Of a DNA stretch of 64,000 nucleotides, positions 51,370-63,259 are shown one piece after another. How positions within the stretch are numbered: the first letter of the stretch is position 1; each line of letters opens with the position of its first letter. The notes under the pieces were generated by a model, which was not told the origin of the DNA, did not search any database, and saw only the letters and a program-made list of their open reading frames with translations. The DNA is from Candidatus Daviesbacteria bacterium (GTDB lineage Bacteria; Patescibacteriota; Microgenomatia; Daviesbacterales; UBA10151): contig JACPZA010000031.1 of NCBI GenBank assembly GCA_016195715.1, positions 60,336-124,335 on the forward strand, given 5' to 3'. The translations under genes were made by a program, and so were the position numbers.

Positions 51370-52110
51370 ATGGAAACTATTTCTTTGGTTGCAGATAAGA
51401 TTGGACAAATTGGACCAGTTCCAGTAACTAATACTTTACTTGTTAGCTGGATTGTCTCAGTTTTTTTAATAATTATTAGCTTAATTGCTACCAGAAAAGT
51501 TAGTTTAGTTCCTACTCCCTTGCAAAACTTTTTTGAATTTATAATTGATACAGGTTATGCTCAAGTTGAAGATTTATCTCATGACAAAGCTAAAGTTATT
51601 TTTCCTTTAGTAATGACATTTTTTTTGTTTATAATTTGTGCTAATTGGATTGGACTGCTGCCTGGATTTGGGACAATTGGGTTTAGGGAGCTAAAAGATG
51701 GTAAAGAAGTTTTTGTACCAATTTTTCGTTCAATAAATGCTGATTTAAATATGACCTTAGCGCTAGCTTTAGTTTCTGCAGTTGCAACTCATGTTTTAGC
51801 CATTAAATATCTTGGAATTTGGGATTACTTAAAACGCTGGGTATCGCTAAATCCCATTTTTCTATTTGTGGGAATTTTGGAAATTATTTCTGAGTTTACA
51901 AAAATCATCTCGCTTTCTTTTAGGCTTTTTGGTAATATATTTGCGGGAGAGGTTGTACTGGCAACAGTGTCAAGCATTTTTGCCTTTTTTGTGCCTTTGC
52001 CTTTTTATTTTCTAGAGTTAATTGTGGGATTTGTTCAAGCAGCGGTGTTTATGATGTTAACTCTAGTTTTTATTGTGCTACTTACAGAAAAGCACGGAGA
52101 AGAACATTAA
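51370..52110 (+). CDS. atpB: F-type ATP synthase Fo subunit a
   Basis: Polytopic, with the conserved Arg helix RLFGNIFAGEVVL. Confidence 0.9.
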   Translation: METISLVADKIGQIGPVPVTNTLLVSWIVSVFLIIISLIATRKVSLVPTPLQNFFEFIIDTGYAQVEDLSHDKAKVIFPLVMTFFLFIICANWIGLLPGFGTIGFRELKDGKEVFVPIFRSINADLNMTLALALVSAVATHVLAIKYLGIWDYLKRWVSLNPIFLFVGILEIISEFTKIISLSFRLFGNIFAGEVVLATVSSIFAFFVPLPFYFLELIVGFVQAAVFMMLTLVFIVLLTEKHGEEH

Positions 52111-52133
52111 AGAAAGGAGGAATAAACTTTTAA

Positions 52134-52352
<219 letters not shown>

Positions 52353-52456
52353 TTTAAGCTCTTTTGCACCAAACTTTAGTTAATTTAAATAGTTTGGGTT
52401 GAGCAAAAGAGCTTTTGCGTTGCGCGGTCTGATAAAATAATTTAAAATTTAACGGC

Positions 52457-52957
52457 ATGGAAATATTACAAAGTTTTGGTATTCAGCCTCTATTACTTGC
52501 GGCTCAAATAGTTAATTTTTTAGTACTTTTATTTATTTTAAAGCGCTTTTTATATAAACCAATTTTAAAAGTTTTAGCTGATAGAAAAGAAAAAATTGCC
52601 GAAAGCTTAAAAAATGCAGAGGAAATTGAAAAAAGACTTTTACAAATCGGGATTGATAGAGAAAAAAAATTAAAAGAAGCTTCGCTTGAAGCAACAAAAA
52701 TGCTTGAAGATGCCACCAAAACTGGTGATCAAATTATTAAAGAGTCCCACAACAAAGCTGCATTAGATATTAAAAAATTAGTGGAAAAAGCGGAAACTCA
52801 GATGAAACAAGACCGAGAAAAAATGAATCAAGAGGTTAAACAACATTTAGCAGATTTACTAGTTTTAAGTTTTGAAAAATTAGCTGATAAAGTTTTAAGT
52901 GAAAAAGATCAAAAAGAGATGATTAGAAAATCCATTGAGGAGATAAAGTATGATTAG
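52457..52957 (+). CDS. atpF: F-type ATP synthase Fo subunit b
   Basis: An N-terminal TM helix is followed by a long charged coiled-coil, in operon position. Confidence 0.75.
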   Translation: MEILQSFGIQPLLLAAQIVNFLVLLFILKRFLYKPILKVLADRKEKIAESLKNAEEIEKRLLQIGIDREKKLKEASLEATKMLEDATKTGDQIIKESHNKAALDIKKLVEKAETQMKQDREKMNQEVKQHLADLLVLSFEKLADKVLSEKDQKEMIRKSIEEIKYD

Positions 52958-53348
52958 AAACCGTCGCTTAAATAATTTAATAGGTAAAATGGTGAAAAAT
53001 AGTTTAGATAAAAATGGTCAAGTTGATGAAAAAAAAGCCCTAAAGTTTGTTAAAGTTTTAAAAAGTTTTAAATCAGGTTTAGCTTTAGCTTCTTTAATAG
53101 AATTTAAAAAAAGATTAAAAAAAGAGTTGGAAAAACATATTCTATATATTGAATCAGTTACAGAGTTTCCAAAAGAATTAACCAAAGAAGCTGTCAAATT
53201 AGTTTTTAAAAATTATGCTGTAACTTCTGTAGAAAATAAAATTAACCCTTCACTTTTAGGAGGGATTCGTCTTAAAATTGCAGATACTGTTTTGGATGAT
53301 AGTTTATTAAAAAAATTAGAACAGTTAGAAAAAAAGCTTTATGAGTAA
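52950..53348 (+). CDS. atpH: F-type ATP synthase subunit delta (OSCP), short form
   Basis: Operon position between b and alpha. It is helical, 132 aa, with an LGG(I/V)R(L/V) motif. Confidence 0.6.
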   Translation: MIRNRRLNNLIGKMVKNSLDKNGQVDEKKALKFVKVLKSFKSGLALASLIEFKKRLKKELEKHILYIESVTEFPKELTKEAVKLVFKNYAVTSVENKINPSLLGGIRLKIADTVLDDSLLKKLEQLEKKLYE

Positions 53349-54900
53349 CTTAATTACTGAGATTGAAAAAGAAATTAAAGATTTAAAAACTAAAGCTGTC
53401 AAAGAAAATGTCGGAGTTGTTACAGAGGTTGGAGATGGAATTGCCAGAATTGAAGGGTTATCTGATGTTAAGTCTTCAGAGATGATTGCTTTTCCTCACG
53501 GACTTTTTGGTTTAGCGCTAAATCTAGAGCAATTTGGAGTTGGATCAGTTATTTTAGGAGATTTTACTAAAATTAAAGAAGGAGACCAAGTTAAAACTAC
53601 TGGGCAAATTTTACAAGTTCCAGTGGGTGAAGCTTTAGTTGGTCGAGTGGTTAATGGTTTAGCCCAACCAATTGATGCTAAAGGCCCAATTAAAACAAGT
53701 AAGCATTACCCAATTGAAAAAATTGCTCCTGGAGTCATTACTCGCCAAGGTGTTTCTGTGCCTTTGCAAACTGGTATTAAAGCTATCGATACGATGATTC
53801 CAGTTGGCCGGGGTCAGCGAGAATTAATCATTGGAGATCGAAATACTGGCAAAACTACCATAGTAATAGACACCATTATTAATCAGAAAGATGTGATTTG
53901 TATTTATGTAGCAATTGGTCAAAAAACTTCTAAAATCGCCCAAATTGTAGCTAGATTAGAAGAACTTGGAGCAATGGAACATACTATTGTAGTTTGTGCA
54001 TCAGCTGCTGACTCAGCAACTATGCAATATATTGCGCCATATGCTGGTTGTAGCATTGGTGAATATTTTATGGATCAAGGTAAAGATGCATTAATTATTT
54101 ATGATGATTTGAGTAAACACGCGGCTGCTTATCGTCAGATGTCTCTACTGCTCAGACGTCCTTCAGGCAGAGAAGCTTATCCAGGCGATGTATTTTATTT
54201 GCATTCCAGATTACTGGAGAGGGCTGCCAGATTAAACAAAGACTATGGCGGAGGTTCACTAACTGCTCTGCCAATTATTGAAACTCAAGCTGGAGATGTT
54301 TCAGCTTATATTCCAACCAATGTGATCTCTATTACTGATGGACAAATTTTTCTAGAATCAGATTTATTTTATTCTGGAATCAGACCTGCAATTAATGTTG
54401 GTTTATCAGTTTCTCGAGTTGGAGGTTCTGCCCAAACTAAAGCAATGAAAGGGGTGGCTGGAAAGCTTAGATTAGATTTAGCTCAATTTAGAGCTTTAGC
54501 TGCTTTTGCTCAATTTTCATCGGACTTAGATCCAGAAACTAAATCTCAAATTGAACGAGGCAAAAGATTAACAGAAATTTTAAAGCAACCTCCCTATTCC
54601 CCTGTTCCCATGGAAGAACAAGTGGTGATGTTATGGGTTGCTACCAATGGCTATTTAGATGAGATAGAAGTTGAAAAAATTAGAGAGTTTGAAAATAAGT
54701 TTGTGGCAAACTTGCGACTGAAAGAAAAAAAGTTGTTATCTGAAATTGCAGATAAAAAAGTTATGGATGAAAAAATGATTGAGCAACTTAAAAAAATTAC
54801 TGAGGATTTCTTAAAACTATTTGGTTCTGGAAAGACTATTAAAACGGAAGAACCAACTGAGAGTAAGAAAAAACCAACTAAAAATAGCAAAAGAAAATAA
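53341..54900 (+). CDS. atpA: F-type ATP synthase subunit alpha
   Basis: The P-loop GDRNTGKTT is present, along with ..[28 protein letters not shown].. Confidence 0.95.
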   Translation: MSNLITEIEKEIKDLKTKAVKENVGVVTEVGDGIARIEGLSDVKSSEMIAFPHGLFGLALNLEQFGVGSVILGDFTKIKEGDQVKTTGQILQVPVGEALVGRVVNGLAQPIDAKGPIKTSKHYPIEKIAPGVITRQGVSVPLQTGIKAIDTMIPVGRGQRELIIGDRNTGKTTIVIDTIINQKDVICIYVAIGQKTSKIAQIVARLEELGAMEHTIVVCASAADSATMQYIAPYAGCSIGEYFMDQGKDALIIYDDLSKHAAAYRQMSLLLRRPSGREAYPGDVFYLHSRLLERAARLNKDYGGGSLTALPIIETQAGDVSAYIPTNVISITDGQIFLESDLFYSGIRPAINVGLSVSRVGGSAQTKAMKGVAGKLRLDLAQFRALAAFAQFSSDLDPETKSQIERGKRLTEILKQPPYSPVPMEEQVVMLWVATNGYLDEIEVEKIREFENKFVANLRLKEKKLLSEIADKKVMDEKMIEQLKKITEDFLKLFGSGKTIKTEEPTESKKKPTKNSKRK

Positions 54901-54973
54901 TTTTTAAAGTAGTTCTCGACTGTCGCTCGAACAATAATAGTCTTCGACCGTAAGTGGAGAAGCACAAAAATTT

Positions 54974-55927
54974 ATGGCAAATAATACCAAAGCTTTAAGA
55001 CGCAGGATAAAATCAGTTCAAAATACTTCTCAAATCACTAAAGCTATGCAAATGGTGGCAGCAACTAAAATGCGCAAAGCTCAACTGCAAGCGCTAGCTG
55101 GCAGACCCTATTCAGAAACTTTAACCAATGTTTTATTAAAATTATCTTCCAAAATAAATCCAGAGATGCATAAATTACTTCAAGAAAATAATGCAGATAA
55201 CATTGGAGTGATAGTTTTGTCTTCAGATAAAGGTCTTTGCGGAGCACTAAACACCAATCTTTTTAGAGCACTCCATAATTTTTTAAAGGAAGTAAAAGGT
55301 AACGTAAATTTCTATACAGTAGGTAAAAAAGGCAGAGGTTTTATTTTGCGAAGCAAAACAGCATCTGAAGGAAGTGAAGGGCTGATAGTTAAAACACAAA
55401 AAGCTCTGCAAGCAGATTTTGAAAATCCAGAGTTAGTAACTTTTAGACAAGCTTCACAAATCGCTAAATTAGTAGTTAATTCATTTTTAGCATCAGAGAT
55501 AAGAGAAGCTTATGTTCTTTTCCCTCAATTTATCTCTACGCTGCGCCAAGAACCAAGAATAATCAGACTCTTACCAGTAAGCCCTTCAGTCATCCTGAAC
55601 GACAGTGAAGGATCTCCAAGCCAGAACAAGTCTTTAGATTCTTCGCCTAATATGGCTCAGAATGACAATAATGATTATTTATATGAACCAAATGTGGATA
55701 ATTTATTAGACTATTTATTAACTCACTATGTTGAAACAAAAATCTATCAAGCTTTACTTGAAACTAAAGCTTCAGAACACTCTAGTAGAATGATAGCTAT
55801 GCAAAATGCTACAGACAATGCTAAAGATCTTGTTGAGGATTTAAAATTAACTTATAATCAAACCCGCCAAGAAGCAATTACTAAAGAGCTTTTGGAGATA
55901 ACCACAGCCAGTTTAGCGCTGCAATAA
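54974..55927 (+). CDS. atpG: F-type ATP synthase subunit gamma
   Basis: Motifs MANNTKALRRRIKSVQNTSQITKAMQMVAATKMRKAQ and ..SDKGLCGALN.. are present. Confidence 0.9.
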   Translation: MANNTKALRRRIKSVQNTSQITKAMQMVAATKMRKAQLQALAGRPYSETLTNVLLKLSSKINPEMHKLLQENNADNIGVIVLSSDKGLCGALNTNLFRALHNFLKEVKGNVNFYTVGKKGRGFILRSKTASEGSEGLIVKTQKALQADFENPELVTFRQASQIAKLVVNSFLASEIREAYVLFPQFISTLRQEPRIIRLLPVSPSVILNDSEGSPSQNKSLDSSPNMAQNDNNDYLYEPNVDNLLDYLLTHYVETKIYQALLETKASEHSSRMIAMQNATDNAKDLVEDLKLTYNQTRQEAITKELLEITTASLALQ

Positions 55928-57738
<1,811 letters not shown>

Positions 57739-58092
57739 AACTATTCCTATAAAAGCATCTTGCCCTCTTAAGCCTCCTGGTGCAAAATGCCAAGCAAAAT
57801 GATAGTTACCATAAGTGGTTCCTTGATCTCCTAAAAGAGCAAAATGAATACATTCAGGAAAAGGGTTCCATGTTATTGCTCCAACAGCGCTTGCTGTCTT
57901 ATCCCTCTTTCTATAAGTGACTGAATTTTGGTCATATATCCACCAAAAACTAAATTTCCAGGAGCAAAAACTCTCTCAACTAACTCCCTATTTTGACTCA
58001 TGTGAAGAATTATATCTTATTAAGTTAGCGCCAGCAAACTATAGGTTGGAGTTTGCGCTTTTGGCAGACAAAATTCAATCCTTCAGCTATGC

Positions 58093-58362
58093 TCATTTTT
58101 TGTAAACTTCATCATGGGTGCCTAGTTTAAAAAAATAGAAATCACCATTCTCTGTATAAAGCATTCGGTAGCCTTTATCTATTGAAATACTCCAGGTATT
58201 TTTTACTTCTCTTGTGATCTTGTGCAAACGTAAGGATTTATGCCGAGGATTTTGCTTGAATAATTCTAACTGTTTTTGGATTTTATCAAATAATTTAATA
58301 TCTCTCCTCTGAAGTATCTGTAGCTTTTTATGAAAGTCAGGACTAAATTTAATGGATTTCAC
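58093..58362 (-). CDS. Type II toxin, RelE/ParE superfamily (YafQ/RelE-like mRNA interferase)
   Basis: 89 aa, containing ..KSLRLHKITREVKNTWSISIDKGYRMLYTENGDFYFFKLGTHDEVYKK. It overlaps the upstream small gene by 4 nt. Confidence 0.55.
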   Translation of the reverse strand: MKSIKFSPDFHKKLQILQRRDIKLFDKIQKQLELFKQNPRHKSLRLHKITREVKNTWSISIDKGYRMLYTENGDFYFFKLGTHDEVYKK

Positions 58363-58649
58363 AAATTCTTGAAGAATTCGTCTATATCTTTAACCTCAAT
58401 TGCTTTATCCTTGTCCTTTAATGCCTTTTTATATGCCTTAATTGTACTGTCTGATGCTTCAAAGATTGGATAATCCATATCTTCTACATCTTTTAAAATT
58501 AAATGTTTAACATAACTTGCTAAAGGCAAGCCAAACTTACTCGCCTTACTTTCAAGGAAATCTTTTAAAGCAACTGGTAGGTTAATTTTAATTTGGGTTT
58601 GTTGGGTAATCATAAATAATATTTTATCACCAATTCCAGGACTTTTCAA
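58359..58649 (-). CDS. Antitoxin, ribbon-helix-helix-like
   Basis: 96 aa, with IKINLPVALKDFLESKASKFGLPLASYVKHLI (beta-strand followed by two helices). It is translationally coupled to the toxin. Confidence 0.45.
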   Translation of the reverse strand: MKSPGIGDKILFMITQQTQIKINLPVALKDFLESKASKFGLPLASYVKHLILKDVEDMDYPIFEASDSTIKAYKKALKDKDKAIEVKDIDEFFKNL

Positions 58650-58718
58650 GGACTAAATTAATCTTTAATCATTTTTATCAACATCTCAGGAATTGGTCTG
58701 CAGGCACAAAATATTGAA

Positions 58719-59078
58719 TTAGTTTATTTCTTCAAAGTTGCCATCTAAGTGTAAATAATAAGTTTCTACTGCTATATCAGGATATTTTTCTTTAATTTTA
58801 TCTGCAGCTGTTTTTAGATCTTCAGCATGCTTTTCTGGCGTTCCCTCTTCTCCATAAGCTCCACAATCTTCATGGTTAACTAAAACTATCTTATGAATAT
58901 CATGTAAACGCTTAGAAATTTCAATTTGTTTAAAAATATTTTCAAAATCTTTAACTCCTCCAGCCAAAGCCACTCTATCAAAAGTTTTTGGTTGAAAATA
59001 TTTTGCAATCCATTGATTGATAAAATCCTGAAAGCGAAAATCAATACAAGTTACTACTAATCCTTCACAGCTGTGCAT
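58719..59078 (-). CDS. Short beta-class carbonic anhydrase-like protein
   Basis: The zinc-ligand motifs CxDxR (VVTCIDFR) and HxxCG (VNHEDCGAYG) are present. At 119 aa it is shorter than typical beta-CAs. Confidence 0.45.
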   Translation of the reverse strand: MHSCEGLVVTCIDFRFQDFINQWIAKYFQPKTFDRVALAGGVKDFENIFKQIEISKRLHDIHKIVLVNHEDCGAYGEEGTPEKHAEDLKTAADKIKEKYPDIAVETYYLHLDGNFEEIN

Positions 59079-59167
59079 ATTAAAGCTGATAATATAATAT
59101 CTTTATTTTTCTGACAAGGTTACAAGTAAAGTAACTCATTAGAGTATTTAAGAATGCTATAATTGGA

Positions 59168-59584
59168 TTGTCTATGGCTCAACTGCATTTAAAAATTGTT
59201 ACTCCAGAAAAGTTAATTTATGAAGAGGATGTAGATCAAGTCAATGTGCCATCAGTTGATGGTGAGCTTGGCATACTTCCTCATCACGCTAATTTAATGG
59301 CCAGGCTTAAATCGGGTGAGCTAAGAATTAAAAATGGTTCTAAAGTAGAAGTGATGGCTTTAGGAGGTGGTTTTATTCAAATGGATAATAATAATTTAAC
59401 TGTGATGACAGATTTAGCAATTTCCCCAGAAGAGATTGATGAAAAAGCAGTTGAGGAAGCTAAAAAGCGAGCAGAGCAAGCTTTGGAACAAAAATTATCA
59501 GATGAAGAATATGCAACCACCATCTCTCTACTAGAAAAATCCATCGCTCAACTTAATGTTAAACGTCGCCACAGGGTTCGATAA
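59168..59584 (+). CDS. atpC: F-type ATP synthase subunit epsilon, displaced from atpD by 1.85 kb
   Basis: Motifs LHLKIVTPEKLIYEEDVDQVNVPSVDGELGILPHHANLMARLKSGELRI are present. A TATAAT sits at 59157-59162. Confidence 0.85.
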   Translation: MSMAQLHLKIVTPEKLIYEEDVDQVNVPSVDGELGILPHHANLMARLKSGELRIKNGSKVEVMALGGGFIQMDNNNLTVMTDLAISPEEIDEKAVEEAKKRAEQALEQKLSDEEYATTISLLEKSIAQLNVKRRHRVR

Positions 59585-59631
59585 TAATTTGTTATTGACA
59601 AATTAGCTTTTTTCTTCTAGTGTAGACCTTA

Positions 59632-60153
59632 ATGAACAATCGCTACTACATGTTAATTGGTGCAGTTGTAGTTTTAGCTGTTTTGGGCTTTGTGTTAATC
59701 TCTAGAAACTCAAGTAACCAAACTCCATCCCCAACTCCAGAATCAACTCAGATGATGAAAAGTACTGAATCTAGTTCTGGTGCAATGATGAATGAGTCAA
59801 GCTCAGGAGCAATGATGACTAAGGGTCAAACAGTAACTTTAATAGAAAGAAATTCATCTGGTGAATCTGGAACAGCTAAACTAGAAGAAGTTAATGGCAA
59901 AGTGGTTGTAACTCTAGCTATTACTGGAGAAGGGACTGGAGTTGTTCAGCCAGCTCATATTCATGTTGGAACTTGTCCAGACGTCGGTGCGGTTAAATAT
60001 CCTTTGACCAATGTAGTAAATGGCAGTTCAGTCACAACTTTAGATGTATCGATGGCGACTTTGCTTTCTCAACTTCCACTTGGAATTAATGTTCATAAAT
60101 CAGCTGCTGAAGTTAAAATTTATGTTGCCTGTGGCGATATAAAAAATCAATAA
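59632..60153 (+). CDS. Secreted CHRD-domain protein
   Basis: An N-terminal TM/signal and a Ser-rich linker precede the motif QPAHIHVGTCPDVGAVKYPL, which is typical of CHRD domains (AHIH.G..G..G.V..PL). Confidence 0.45.
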   Translation: MNNRYYMLIGAVVVLAVLGFVLISRNSSNQTPSPTPESTQMMKSTESSSGAMMNESSSGAMMTKGQTVTLIERNSSGESGTAKLEEVNGKVVVTLAITGEGTGVVQPAHIHVGTCPDVGAVKYPLTNVVNGSSVTTLDVSMATLLSQLPLGINVHKSAAEVKIYVACGDIKNQ

Positions 60154-60159
60154 GTCTTC

Positions 60160-60474
60160 TTAAATTGGGATGTGTTTTTGAGGTGGATGGAAAGCAATAT
60201 CAATTACCTCCATAATTAAATAAATAACCAGTAAATAAATAACTAGCGCTGCAATTGCTACTATATCTAGCGTTTCTCCATTTCTTAGTTGTAAATTTCT
60301 AAAAATATTATGGAAAGGATAAATTAAACTATTGCTGACTTTAACAATCCATTCTACAAATGGAGTGTTGGGATTTGCAGAAAATAATCTTAAAATAATC
60401 CGAAGACCTAAAAAGAAACTAATTACCCCAGAAACAATATCTAAAAAGCTAATTAAAAAATTTCTTAAAGACAT
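60160..60474 (-). CDS. YggT family membrane protein
   Basis: 104 aa with two TM helices and the pattern LRIILRLFSANPNTPFVEWIVKVSNSLIYPF. Confidence 0.6.
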   Translation of the reverse strand: MSLRNFLISFLDIVSGVISFFLGLRIILRLFSANPNTPFVEWIVKVSNSLIYPFHNIFRNLQLRNGETLDIVAIAALVIYLLVIYLIMEVIDIAFHPPQKHIPI

Positions 60475-60595
60475 TTTATAATCACTATTCTAAATTGCTT
60501 GTAATAAATTGTGGCTAAAATGTTGTAAGAAAGGCATAAGAAAATTACTGAGTTTACTGATTCAAGGCTAAACTATATAATATAAGTCTGGAAAT

Positions 60596-60668
60596 CCAGA
60601 GTTGGCAGAGCGGTCGATGCGTCGGTCTGTAAAACCGATTTAGCCTGGTTCGACTCCAGGACTCTGGA
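60596..60668 (+). tRNA. tRNA-Tyr (anticodon GUA), class I (short variable arm), C1:G72, A73, CCA not encoded
   Basis: Cloverleaf: acceptor CCAGAGU/ACUCUGG, D-arm GCAG..GG..UGC, anticodon stem UCGGU/ACCGA with loop CUGUAAA (U33, G34-U35-A36), 5-nt variable region, T-arm CCUGG-UUCGACU-CCAGG. A TATAAT lies ~25 nt upstream. Confidence 0.85.
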
Positions 60669-60712
60669 CTTAATTTAAAAAGTTCAGCCTCTTTTTGTTA
60701 TAATTTGCTTGT

Positions 60713-63241
60713 ATGCCACTTCGCCGTATTGTTAAAAGATCAGATTATTCCAATTTTGGTAAAGTTAAATTGCTCTCCAGTCTTTCAACAGGGCTTTTGG
60801 TAGCTATTTTAGTGTTTATTGTCTCAATAATTGGGGTGGTTGTTTTTTTTGCCACCCAAGTCCCCTCTCCAGAAGCTTTGCAAAATAGAGATATTGCTTC
60901 AGCCACCAAAATTTATGATCGAAACGGGGATTTACTCTATGATATTTTTCAAAACCAAAATCGCACACCCGTAAAGCTTTCAGATATGCCAGATTCAGTT
61001 AAAAAAGCCACCATTTCTATTGAGGATAAGGACTTTTATAAACACGGTGGTTTTTCAGTAACCGGCATTGCCAGAGCACTTTTTGAACTGGTTATTCATC
61101 GTCAAGTAGAAGGAGGAGGTTCCACCCTAACTCAACAGCTGGTTAAGAATGCGCTATTAACTTCTGATCAATCAGTTATTAGAAAAATTAAAGAACTGAT
61201 TTTATCTATTGAAGTCGAAAGATCATATACTAAGGATCAAATCTTAGAGTTTTATTTAAATGAAATTCCTTATGGTGGTACAGCCTATGGAATTGAGGCG
61301 GCAGCTAATTTATATTTTGGAAAGCACGCCAGTGAACTAGATTTAGCTGAATCAGCCCTGCTGGCTGGATTACCCCAGCGGCCCTCTGTTTATTCTCCTT
61401 ATGGCACTCATCCAGAGCTAGCTACAGAGCGCCAAAGTGAAGTTTTAAGAAGAATGGTTGAAGATGGGTATATTACTAAAGATCAATCAGATAAAGCTAA
61501 AGCTGAAAAATTAACTTATCGAACTGCTCAAAATGAGATCGGTTTTAAAGCGCCTCACTTTGTTTTATATGTCAAACAAAAATTAATTGAACAATACGGC
61601 GATAAATTAGTTGAGCAAGGAGGTTTAAAAGTCACAACCACTTTGGATTATGGTCTACAACAAAAAGTAGAAGATATTGTTAAAACTGAGGTAGACAAAC
61701 TCAAAGATTTTAATGTCGGAAATGGTGCAGCTGTAGTTATGAATCCCAAAAATGGCCAGATTTTATCAATGGTTGGATCAAAAGACTATTTTGCTAAAGA
61801 TTATGATGGCAATGTTAATGTGACACTTTCTCTAAGGCAACCAGGTTCAGCAACTAAACCGATCAATTATGCAGCTGGATTTATTAAAGGTTATACTCCA
61901 GCTTCAGTTTTAGTGGATGTAAAAACTGAATTTCCTGGTGGCGATAAACCCTCATATGTTCCAGTAAACTACGACGGACAATTTCATGGGCCTGTTCAAA
62001 TCCGATACGATCTTGGTAATTCTTATAATATTCCAGCTGTTAAAATGTTAGCTTTGGTAGGGGTAAAAAATGTTTTAGATTTGGGTTTTAGGATGGGTTT
62101 AACTACTTGGGAACCAACTGAGGATAATGTTAATTCAGTTGGTCTATCTTTAGTGTTAGGAGGTAGAGAAGTTCGATTGCTTGATCTAACCTCAGCTTAT
62201 TCTGTTTTTGCCAACAAGGGTAAGAAAAATGACCCGGTTTCAATTTTAAAGGTCTCAGATTCTAAGGGAAAAACTTTATATGAATATCATGATTCTGATG
62301 GGACTCAAATTATGGATGAGGGGATCGCTTTTTTGATTTCCAATATCTTAGCAGACAATGGAGCTAGATCTGCTGCTTTTGGTTCAAACTCAGTTCTAAA
62401 TGTTTCTGGAAGAACTGTATCAGTGAAGACTGGAACTACAGATCAAAAAAGGGATAATTGGGCGGTTGGCTATACCCCCTCAATAGTAACTGGAGTTTGG
62501 GTTGGTAACAATGATAATTCAGTTATGAATCCAGCTATCGCTTCTGGTGTTACTGGAGCATCCCCTATTTGGCAAAAAATCATGATTGCTGCACTTAAGG
62601 ATAAGCCAGATGAAAAGTTTGATCCACCATCTAACATTAGCTATATTGATATTGACGGACTAATGGGCGGTACGCCTAAGGATGGCTCCCCAACTCGCAA
62701 GGAATACTTTTTTAAAGGTACTGAGCCAACGACAGTTTCTAATACTTATCAACACCAAAAGGTCTGTAAAGTTAATAATCACCGATTAGCCAATGATGGT
62801 GAAGATGCAGAGGATAAAGATGTGATTGTGTTATCTGAAAGTGATCCAACTGGAGCAAATAAGTGGCAAGCAGGGATTGATCAGTGGGTGTTAACAGCTG
62901 CTGATTCTAGGTTAGTGGGTGCAACCAAAGGTTGTAACGGCATTCCAGGATTTAGTAGTGCCGGGACTCAGGGAGCAATAATTTCTATAGTTAATGTCAG
63001 CAACGGTGCCAATGTGCCAAGAGTGTTTGATGTACTTGCTAAAACTAACTCCCCATTTGGAGTTAAAAAAGTCACTTGGACAATAGACGGTGCAGTTAAA
63101 TCGACTCAAACTGGTGAACCATTTGCTTTGCATGTAGAATTCCCTGAAGGCGATAAGGGCTCACATACTATTTCTGCAACGCTGGAGGATAATAATGGTG
63201 GGAGTTTTTCTTCCACGATTGGAGTGACTGTAGCACTTTAA
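60713..63241 (+). CDS. Class A penicillin-binding protein (bifunctional transglycosylase/transpeptidase) with C-terminal extension
   Basis: GT51 motifs (EDKDFYKHGG, GGSTLTQQL, ..RKIKE..) and transpeptidase motifs SATKP, SYN and KTGTT are present. There is an N-terminal TM anchor. Confidence 0.9.
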   Translation: MPLRRIVKRSDYSNFGKVKLLSSLSTGLLVAILVFIVSIIGVVVFFATQVPSPEALQNRDIASATKIYDRNGDLLYDIFQNQNRTPVKLSDMPDSVKKATISIEDKDFYKHGGFSVTGIARALFELVIHRQVEGGGSTLTQQLVKNALLTSDQSVIRKIKELILSIEVERSYTKDQILEFYLNEIPYGGTAYGIEAAANLYFGKHASELDLAESALLAGLPQRPSVYSPYGTHPELATERQSEVLRRMVEDGYITKDQSDKAKAEKLTYRTAQNEIGFKAPHFVLYVKQKLIEQYGDKLVEQGGLKVTTTLDYGLQQKVEDIVKTEVDKLKDFNVGNGAAVVMNPKNGQILSMVGSKDYFAKDYDGNVNVTLSLRQPGSATKPINYAAGFIKGYTPASVLVDVKTEFPGGDKPSYVPVNYDGQFHGPVQIRYDLGNSYNIPAVKMLALVGVKNVLDLGFRMGLTTWEPTEDNVNSVGLSLVLGGREVRLLDLTSAYSVFANKGKKNDPVSILKVSDSKGKTLYEYHDSDGTQIMDEGIAFLISNILADNGARSAAFGSNSVLNVSGRTVSVKTGTTDQKRDNWAVGYTPSIVTGVWVGNNDNSVMNPAIASGVTGASPIWQKIMIAALKDKPDEKFDPPSNISYIDIDGLMGGTPKDGSPTRKEYFFKGTEPTTVSNTYQHQKVCKVNNHRLANDGEDAEDKDVIVLSESDPTGANKWQAGIDQWVLTAADSRLVGATKGCNGIPGFSSAGTQGAIISIVNVSNGANVPRVFDVLAKTNSPFGVKKVTWTIDGAVKSTQTGEPFALHVEFPEGDKGSHTISATLEDNNGGSFSSTIGVTVAL

Positions 63242-63259
63242 TTTAGTATCATCTTATTA

